Of a DNA stretch of 64,000 nt, positions 15,001-21,910 are shown piece by piece; the first letter of the stretch is position 1; each line of letters starts with the position of its first letter. Both the position numbers and the translations under genes were made by a program. The notes below the pieces were generated by a model. The model was not told the DNA's origin. It saw nothing but the letters and a program-made list of their open reading frames with translations, and searched no databases. The stretch comes from an uncultured Methanomassiliicoccales archaeon (GTDB taxonomy: Archaea > Thermoplasmatota > Thermoplasmata > Methanomassiliicoccales > UBA472): NCBI GenBank assembly GCA_963695345.1, contig OY968769.1, positions 736,001-800,000 on the forward strand, in the 5' to 3' direction.

Positions 15001-16356
15001 CGTATCGATGGCCAGGCTCGGAGCTGTCGTGTCGACGATGTACCAGACGGACGCTGTGGCGTTGTTGCCAGCCCGGTCGAGGACCTTCACATCGACGGTG
15101 TGATTGCCGTCGAACGCGCCCATCATTATGGTGGTCTGGGTCCCGGCGCTGTCCCATTCTCCGCTATCGATCCGGAACAGGTAATGATCGATGCCGGAAC
15201 CGCTATCGCCAGCGGTCCAGATTATCTCCACCCAGTTATCGCGCGATATGGTCCCGTTGGACGGGGTAAGGATAGATATCGTCGGATAAACGGCATCATT
15301 GGTGTAGACCGATACCGATGCGCTATCGGGGCTGGCAGTATCGGCATGGGCCACCAGGTAGTAGGTGTAGTTGGAAAGGTAGTGAAGGCCATTGTCCGTG
15401 TACGAAACGTCGTCCGGGCCGAGCGGGATCGAGGCGTTGTCGCCGGTGTCCGAGATGCGGTAGAGGGTAAGTCCGGTAACCGGTGAGCCGATGGTGTAGT
15501 TGAGGCCGGTCCAGGTGAGATGGACCGAGCCCTGTCCGACCACGGCGCTGAGACCGTAGGGCGAGGCGACCAGGGCGACCAACGGATACCCGTCGATGGC
15601 AGCGCCCGGTCCCGCCAGGAGATAGTCGGAATCTATTATGCTGTCGTGATCGAGATCCACCGATGGCAGGTCGCTCCAGTAGTTGCCGATGGAAGCTGAG
15701 GACCAGAGGTCGCTGGTGCCGTCCTCGTATGCCTGGGCATGTTCGATGTCGTAAACGGAGCTCGCGCCGTTGTTTCCGGTGAGGGCGTTGCCGTAGAAGG
15801 TGTTTCCCGACGAGCCGTTGGAGACCAGTCCGAAAGAACTGCACTGGGTGACTGTGTTGTTGTATACAGTGGTCGAGGTGGAGTTGCGGATCAGAACGCC
15901 GTAGCGGCACTCGCCGATGGTGTTGTTGACAATCAGGACGTGACTGGTGTTGAACAGGAATATGCCGGCACCTTCACCGAAGCCAATGGACAGGAGGGAG
16001 GCGTTGGTAAGGTGGGAGTTGGTTATGATCAGGTAAGAAGAGGTGTTGCCGATGGAGATGGCGTTCGAAGCGCCGGTGGCGTTTATTTCGAGGTTCTGGA
16101 AAATGTAAGGGTTGGCGGATGAACCATCACCCGGCCAATCGTTCAATGCCATCAGGTCGGCCAGGTCGGTGTTGTTGTGGACGACGATGGGGCCGTGTTC
16201 GAGCATCGGGGATGAGAGGCCCTGGGCAGACACCTGTCCGGCCGGCCCGATGAACAATGCTCCGGCGAGCGAGACCATCATCACCACTGCAAGCAGTGCG
16301 GGGATGATGCTCCTCTTTTTGTCATTGAACGAACGCTTGGTAATCCTGTCGATCAT
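1..16356 (-). CDS. Giant secreted/surface protein (>5,400 aa, C-terminus outside the window): signal peptide, NosD-like right-handed beta-helix, FN3, then >50 tandem ~88-aa Ig-like repeats
   Basis: ORFs 7954..16362, 6984..8312 and 440..7663 and the open frame from ~545 to 1 all carry the same repeat (P.l.I.sP..g......v.v.W...D..SG..GY.Y.iD...WS......tf..L.dG.H.v.v.a.D.agN....v.F.vD). They join through single-base insertions at ~8312, ~7781 and ~546, plus a compensating +1/-1 pair at ~5490-5535. ATG is at 16356, followed by a hydrophobic leader (SIIPALLAVVMMVSLAGALF). N-x-S/T sequons are abundant. Confidence 0.85.
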
Positions 16357-16550
16357 AGGCAACCCTTCTAAATGTTAAAAATGAGGTCGGAATATTAGAA
16401 GGGGGTAAGTCCGGTTACCATTCCTGATAACGATTTTTTCGTCGTTGATAACACCATCCATACGTTCGAATCTATCGAACTAGGAGGTTGACGATATGCG
16501 GAAAATGGAAGGAGAAGACCTCCAAGAAATCGCCGATATTCGCAATTCAT
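16047..16550. repeat. Copy 1 of a ~500 bp imperfect direct repeat (5' end and upstream region of the giant gene)
   Basis: Aligns with 24681..25180. Blocks 16174-16220 = 24805-24851 (47 bp) and 16240-16311 = 24871-24942 (72 bp) are identical. Confidence 0.9.
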
Positions 16551-16979
16551 TGGTTGATTGGGTAGGGTGTGCATCGAGCAGTTCAAAACCATGAAAACTC
16601 TTCTTTAATGGTCGTAAATTTTCGGGAGAATCATTCTCAACTTGCCGTACCTGAGATTGGACTTCGTTCAACGACCGAAGGGTGAACCACCCAAATCGTT
16701 CAATATTCAATGGTGTGCCTTCTGAGCGGTCCCCTTCCAGTTATTGCTTTGCGAAAATATTGGCTAGTAACTATCGGTCCTGTGAAAGATATTTGCTGGA
16801 CCATTCCAATGTATGAGTGGGAGTAGCTAATCTCATGAAGGTGATTGCTGATGTCCTATCGAAGTAGCGGATGACAATTGTAGCCCTTCCCATCTCTAGA
16901 GTCATCATTTTGATTTCATCCAATGGTCACATCTCTCTTAGCCAATCGTTTCCGGATATCTGGCATCCATCGGAGATGG

Positions 16980-17276
16980 TCACCTCGTTCTTTTCACCCC
17001 GAAGTCCCTATTGTATTTGTCCAGCATGCTCGCCACTTTCATCGAGGCGGATTGGCCGCCGGCACCCAGTGGAGAACTGCTGATCGGGAATTCAAAATCG
17101 CAACGTGGACATCTAACGTTGGCGCACCCTTTGATCGCATGAGGACACCCTGCACAGGCAAATGTGCGAGCATAGAGGAGACTGAACTTGTTGTTGCATT
17201 TGGGGCAGGATAGTACCTCTGCCGTCGCCCTTCTAAGTCTCGGGTCAATGCCTAATTCGTTCTGCTGACCGATCAT
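16980..17276 (-). CDS. Small Cys-rich metal-binding (Zn or Fe-S) protein, 98 aa
   Basis: This is the C-terminal part of ORF 16980..17570. ATG at 17276 follows an SD-like GAAGGCGA. Motif: CPKC...C-x2-C-x6-C-x4-CPRC-DFEF. Confidence 0.7.
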   Translation of the reverse strand: MIGQQNELGIDPRLRRATAEVLSCPKCNNKFSLLYARTFACAGCPHAIKGCANVRCPRCDFEFPISSSPLGAGGQSASMKVASMLDKYNRDFGVKRTR

Positions 17277-17382
17277 ATCGTTCGCCTTCATTTCACTATA
17301 ACAACGAATGTAAAGAAAGAATTGCCGGGGGACGGGGGGAGAGGCGTGCACCCCGGGGGGATGTCGTTTTAACGGCGCAGGC

Positions 17383-18480
17383 CTAGCGCGGCTTTCTCTC
17401 CTGCCATTCCTTAGTCTCGGCATAATCGCGGGTCGCCTTGACCATGGCAAACAGGTTCGCCGCTGGCGTGGAGACAGGCAGTTCGCATCCCGGGCCGACA
17501 ATGTACCCGTGCTCGCATTTCGTAGCCGCAACGTCCAGATGGTCCCTGGTCGTCTTATACACCTCATCATAGGTGTTGATCATGAACTTAGCTGGCTCGA
17601 TGTTGCCCACGATCATTGTGGACTTCCCGAAGATGTCGATGACCTTCGGTAACGGCGTCCGGTAGTCGAAGTTGATGGCGAACGAACCTGGCACTTTGGC
17701 CCACAATTTCGCATTGTCGGTCTGGTTCCCGCAGGGGTGGCAGAGGAAACCGGCAGGAGCTCCTGCCTTCAAGGCACCCTCCCTAACCTTGATCAGCGAC
17801 GGCAACGCGAACTGCTCGAATTGCTTGTCGCTGATCAGATCGTTCGAGTCCGTCGGACCTCCATCAAAGAACATTATCGGGCCGACCGTGGACAGTATGT
17901 ACTTGACCTCATTGATGAGGAACTCTGACACGCTGTTTAGAACCTTATGCACCAGATCCGGTTTCTTCAGCATCCAGATGAGCATCGTCTCCACGCCGAT
18001 GATGTTCCCGGCGTTCGAGAAGGCGTCACCGGCCTGGACGGTGGGGTTCTTGTAGCCCTCGGGATAAGTTTCGAGAACATACCTGGCTCCACGACACCAA
18101 TCTTCGATCTCTCCCGCCGTGGCGGGGTCTGGGGTCTGCATCTTGTCGACTGCGTCCGGCGTTTCGATCGGGTGCCGCACGATGAGCGGGCTCTGAGCCC
18201 TCGAATCAGCTCCAGGGTAAGAGAGTTCTCCCCCGTATTCGGCAGCTCCGGCGCAAGCGTGGCCGAACAACGGCCCGGTGTCGAATCCGTAAAGCTCCTG
18301 GACCGGAAGGAACGCTTTGGCGAACTTAACCGGATCCTTGTAGCATTCACCGATGGTCAATCCCTTGTGCTGCTTGGATACGAAACCCATGGCGAATGCC
18401 CCGGCCCCCGGACGGTCTGCCCATCCGGTCTGGAAGAGCGACATCATCCTCTCGATGGGGGTCATAGTTTCCTTGAACAT
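17383..18480 (-). CDS. URO-D/MtaA-CmuA family methylcobamide methyltransferase, 365 aa (paralog 1)
   Basis: N-terminal MTPIERM..L....ADRP, Zn-thiol motif H-x-C (LCHPCG), C-terminal GPGCELP, IVGNIEP and NLFAMVKA. The ATG at 18480 lies 1 nt after the corrinoid gene stop, preceded by GGAGGTG. Confidence 0.9.
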   Translation of the reverse strand: MFKETMTPIERMMSLFQTGWADRPGAGAFAMGFVSKQHKGLTIGECYKDPVKFAKAFLPVQELYGFDTGPLFGHACAGAAEYGGELSYPGADSRAQSPLIVRHPIETPDAVDKMQTPDPATAGEIEDWCRGARYVLETYPEGYKNPTVQAGDAFSNAGNIIGVETMLIWMLKKPDLVHKVLNSVSEFLINEVKYILSTVGPIMFFDGGPTDSNDLISDKQFEQFALPSLIKVREGALKAGAPAGFLCHPCGNQTDNAKLWAKVPGSFAINFDYRTPLPKVIDIFGKSTMIVGNIEPAKFMINTYDEVYKTTRDHLDVAATKCEHGYIVGPGCELPVSTPAANLFAMVKATRDYAETKEWQERKPR

Positions 18481-18481
18481 T

Positions 18482-19138
18482 TCAAGCACCTCCGAACAGC
18501 TTGTTGATCTCGGTGACAGCGACCTCGCCATTGTCAGCGGTGGTATCAGCACCGATCTGTTTGGCGAATTCCTTGTTAATCGGTGCACCTCCGATCGCCA
18601 CCTTGAACTGGTCACGGACTCCGCGGGACTTCATCAGGTTGATCGCGTCCGTCATGCCGGCCATCGTTGCCGTCATTAGAGTGCTCATTCCGATCAGGTC
18701 CGCCTTCTCCGCCTGTGCGGTGTCTACGATCTTCGAGATCAACACGTCCGCACCCAGGTCATGAACATCGTATCCGCCGACACCCAATAGGGTGGCCACT
18801 ATGCCCTTTCCTATCGAATGGACGTCGCCTTCGACGGTGCATATGACCACCTTGCGGGCCTTTGCGCCCGATGTCTCTTTCTTGAGGTGCGGTTTCAATA
18901 TGGCCAAGGCAGCGTTCATGGCGGCCGAGGCGGCCATCACCTGTGGTAGATAGTACACCTTCTGCTCGTACAGGACGCCTACCTCCTTCATCCCTTCGCT
19001 CAACCCGTGCAGAATCGCCGTCTTAGGGTCGTAACCGTCATCCAAGACCTTTTGGGCGGTCTTTGCGGCCACAACTTCATCGAAGTCGATGACGCTCTGC
19101 TTAAGCTCTTTCAATAGCTCAGATTCTTGTGTCTTCAT
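18482..19138 (-). CDS. Methyltransferase cognate corrinoid protein (MtaC/MtbC/MtsB-like), 218 aa
   Basis: N-terminal helical cap (GLSEGMKEVG..Y....YLPQV), cobalamin motif EGDVHSIGKGIV, DLIGMSTLMTATM and KVAIGGAP. Confidence 0.95.
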   Translation of the reverse strand: MKTQESELLKELKQSVIDFDEVVAAKTAQKVLDDGYDPKTAILHGLSEGMKEVGVLYEQKVYYLPQVMAASAAMNAALAILKPHLKKETSGAKARKVVICTVEGDVHSIGKGIVATLLGVGGYDVHDLGADVLISKIVDTAQAEKADLIGMSTLMTATMAGMTDAINLMKSRGVRDQFKVAIGGAPINKEFAKQIGADTTADNGEVAVTEINKLFGGA

Positions 19139-19154
19139 TTTTTCACCTATCCAT

Positions 19155-19766
19155 TCAGCTCTTTTTTAACAAGATTGGACACACTTGTTTCCTTGCGCAT
19201 CCGTTGATCACCGAAGCAACGCTAAGGTAGAATGCCAGAACTCCCACGATCACCGCGAGCACGCCAATGGCGGACAGTAGAGTCGCATCGGTGGTCAGCG
19301 CATGAATGCCGACCATCATGAACATCACCGACGCCAGCCCGATTATGATGGTCAGCAGGCGGACCGGGAAGAACGTGGTAATTATGGCCAGCATGGCCAC
19401 GAACAATGCGAAAGATATCATGAAGGTTGCGAACTCCGCTGATGTCGGCGGACTGACCAAGCCTGTGGCGGGCAGGATGTTGAGCGCCACGAACGACCAG
19501 GCGAAAACCATTATCATTCCGAACGCAAAAAGCCCGAACTCGTTCCCCTTCTTCCAGGAGGTCAGGGCCACGATCAGAAACCCGAACCCGCAGAAGAACA
19601 CCACAGACAGGACCATGCCGCTGACCGGGTAGTAGTTCAATGAGGCGAAGGCGAACACTATGGTCAGCCACCCCAACAATGCCGATCCCAACGACAGCGA
19701 ATCCGCTGACGTATCAGTTATTTCGAATTTCCGTTCATCCGCTACGCTAATGCTTGCATTTTCCAT
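19155..19766 (-). CDS. Divergent GPR1/FUN34/YaaH (SatP-like) membrane channel, 203 aa
   Basis: About 200 aa with six hydrophobic helices. GNEFG..AF resembles the family GNTFG..AF, and C-terminal AFYLSVA..IN also matches. The NPAPLGL signature is replaced by DSLSLGS. Confidence 0.7.
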   Translation of the reverse strand: MENASISVADERKFEITDTSADSLSLGSALLGWLTIVFAFASLNYYPVSGMVLSVVFFCGFGFLIVALTSWKKGNEFGLFAFGMIMVFAWSFVALNILPATGLVSPPTSAEFATFMISFALFVAMLAIITTFFPVRLLTIIIGLASVMFMMVGIHALTTDATLLSAIGVLAVIVGVLAFYLSVASVINGCARKQVCPILLKKS

Positions 19767-19801
19767 TTTCCTTTCCTCCTAGTTCTACGACTTACCACTA
19801 A

Positions 19802-20899
19802 TTATTTTCTGCAGTGGTCTTTCCATTCTGGCGATTCGGCATAGTCCCTTGTCGCCTGGACCATCGCGAAGAGATTGGCTGGCGGGACCGAGGATGGCAT
19901 TTCGCATCCCGGTCCGACCGCGTATCCTCGATTGCATTTGGTTGCAGCCAAATGTAGGAATTCCTTTGTTGTGGAATAGATTGAGTCGAAATTCTGAGAG
20001 ACAAACGAGCACGGTTCGATGCTGCCCATGACGGTCGAATCATTGTGGAACTCCTCCACCACCCTATTGATAGGCGTCCGATAGTCGAAATTGATATACC
20101 TGATGTCCTTCAGCTCTTTCCATAATTTGATGTTCCGGGTCTGATCGCCACACGGGTGGGAATTGATCCCGATCGCTCCGTGCTTCATCGCGCCAGTGTG
20201 GTATTCCCTGAGATATGGCAGTACAAAATACTCGAACTGTTTCGCACTTATGAAATCATTCGACTCGGCAAGGCCTCCTTCGAACAGGACCATTGGTTCA
20301 AGCGTCTCCACCAAATACTTCGCGTAGTCGATTTGGAATTCGACCACCTTGTTCAGCAATTTGTATACGAGATCGGGGCTCTTGATCATCCAGGTGAGAA
20401 CGGTCTCCATTCCCACGATGTTGACCACCCAGGTGAACGGCGTCCCCACAACGACGGACGGGCTCCGGTACCCATCTGGATATTCCTTGAATACATGGCG
20501 GCAGGCCTCGACGATCTTCGGGACCTCACCGACGGTGCTCGGGTCCGGGACGGCCACTCGGTCCACATCCTCGGGAAGATTGATGGCGTGGTTGACGATG
20601 AAAGGAGAACAGGCCTTGGACCTTTTACCGGGATAGGCCAAGGTTCCCCCGAACTCGGCGTTACCAGCGCATGCATGTCCAAATAGCGGACCTGAGTCGA
20701 ATCCGAAGAGCTGCCAGATGGGCAGGTATGCCTTGGCGAAGGAGAGCGGGTTGGCATAACCCTCCCCCACGGTCAGTCCATGGGTCATTCTAGGGACCAT
20801 CCCCATCGCGAACGCAGATATGCCGGGCCTGTCCGCACACCCCGTTTCATAGAGCGAGTTCATCCTCTCCATGGGGGTCATGGTCTCTAGGAAGGACAT
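19802..20899 (-). CDS. URO-D/MtaA-CmuA family methylcobamide methyltransferase, 365 aa (paralog 2)
   Basis: MTPMERM..L....ADRPG, NSHPCGDQ (H-x-C), GPGCEMP and NLFAMVQA. Colinear with the 17383..18480 protein. SD GAGGTGA lies upstream. Confidence 0.9.
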   Translation of the reverse strand: MSFLETMTPMERMNSLYETGCADRPGISAFAMGMVPRMTHGLTVGEGYANPLSFAKAYLPIWQLFGFDSGPLFGHACAGNAEFGGTLAYPGKRSKACSPFIVNHAINLPEDVDRVAVPDPSTVGEVPKIVEACRHVFKEYPDGYRSPSVVVGTPFTWVVNIVGMETVLTWMIKSPDLVYKLLNKVVEFQIDYAKYLVETLEPMVLFEGGLAESNDFISAKQFEYFVLPYLREYHTGAMKHGAIGINSHPCGDQTRNIKLWKELKDIRYINFDYRTPINRVVEEFHNDSTVMGSIEPCSFVSQNFDSIYSTTKEFLHLAATKCNRGYAVGPGCEMPSSVPPANLFAMVQATRDYAESPEWKDHCRK

Positions 20900-20927
20900 C
20901 GCGTCACCTCTTCTCTCTTCATAGTCA

Positions 20928-21080
20928 CAAATACCTCCGTATTTGCGATATAATGATTATGACCCAGAATGGGGCTTAAGGGCTCTTTCGTCGAAACTTG
21001 AGAGCACGGCCTCATAGCGTTGTCATTGATCATTCGGACGGAGGTCTGATATTTCATTTGAAATACAAACGTAATACAAA
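20928..21080. promoter_or_regulatory. Divergent promoter region with candidate AATAC-containing operator sites
   Basis: Inverted repeat CAAATAC-ctcc-GTATTTG at 20928-20945. Direct repeat AATACAAA at 21062 and 21073 (11 bp period). Both sit next to TATA-like tracts. Confidence 0.4.
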
Positions 21081-21115
21081 TGATATATATCTTTCTCCTA
21101 CCTTTGGGGGAGCAG

Positions 21116-21403
21116 ATGACAATAAACGAGAAGAAACGAAGGGGTGAAACCCAGATCGTTAATCTCCGGATGCCCTATGGACTCGTGGCCGAGATTGAGA
21201 ACATCGTGGATCGGAGAATGTTCAAATCACGATCGGATTTCATCATAGCCGCGGTTCGTCACTACATCGATTATATGTCCTACGATGAGATCACTGGCAA
21301 CAAGGGTCGTGAAGAGATATTGAAGAGGATGTATCTCCAAGGCCAGCTGAAGGGATCGAGCATACCTATTCCTGAGGATAACGGGCAAGATGAAAAAGAG
21401 TAG
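21116..21403 (+). CDS. Ribbon-helix-helix (CopG/Arc/MetJ) transcriptional regulator
   Basis: IVNLRMPYGLVAEIENIVDRRMFKSRSDFIIAAVRHYI matches the RHH pattern. ATG at 21116 follows GGGGAG. Confidence 0.85.
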   Translation: MTINEKKRRGETQIVNLRMPYGLVAEIENIVDRRMFKSRSDFIIAAVRHYIDYMSYDEITGNKGREEILKRMYLQGQLKGSSIPIPEDNGQDEKE

Positions 21404-21630
21404 GGTTAAGACCTGTATGCGCCCACATGGATGTTCGTTCTGAACTCCTGGCTCGCCGATTTGTCATACGGCATTAAAACAGAAAAAAGTCCCAATATAT
21501 ATAGAAATCGGGCACTGACTTTGACAGGACAGCATCTGCCTAAATCATTATTATTCTCTAATCATTCATTGCCCGATTTAAACCCGGTCAGATCGTTGAG
21601 CTTGGTTTTGCCTATCAAATAAGAGGATAA

Positions 21631-21882
21631 AGGCCAAGTCCGATCGTAGGGTTCCTGTTCGCCCTGTACTTCGCCGATAGCGCTAAGAAGATCGCAGGGT
21701 TGACCTTGGGCTCCCTGCCGGTCCTTTCATTCAATTGGACGGCCATATTGAACACGATCGTCCTGATACTCGCCGTAGTGTTCTTCTTGGTACAGACCAA
21801 GCGCTGGATAGTCAGGAGAAGGCACCTGATAAGATTGAGGAAGATGGAAATGACGGTCCTGGAGGAACTTCGTATCCGATGA
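21631..21882 (+). pseudogene. 3' remnant of a membrane protein gene
   Basis: Open frame after a TAA at 21628-21630 encodes two hydrophobic stretches and a basic tail. There is no convincing start codon. Confidence 0.35.
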
Positions 21883-21910
21883 TCGCCCGGTAAAGTACCT
21901 CTCGTGTCTC

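Noticed and set aside
124-16122. Dozens of plus-strand and alternate-frame ORFs over the giant gene, and likewise over the other long genes
   Set aside because: They are shadow ORFs from high GC3 codon bias, with no motifs and complete overlap with well-supported CDSs.
1-16356. Regular ~265 bp periodicity as a possible CRISPR or non-coding repeat array
   Set aside because: The repeats are degenerate protein-coding Ig domains. There is no identical short repeat-spacer structure and no cas gene.
17320-17385. G/C-run tract after the methyltransferase TAG stop (read-through or G-quadruplex)
   Set aside because: The protein is complete and equal in length to its paralog. Read-through gives a short low-complexity tail, and the tract alone supports no function.
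17383-20899. Assigning symbols mtaA/mtbA/mtsA/mtaC or hemE
   Set aside because: The fold and zinc motif are clear, but substrate and orthology cannot be read from the sequence. Corrinoid linkage and H-x-C...C argue against true uroporphyrinogen decarboxylase.
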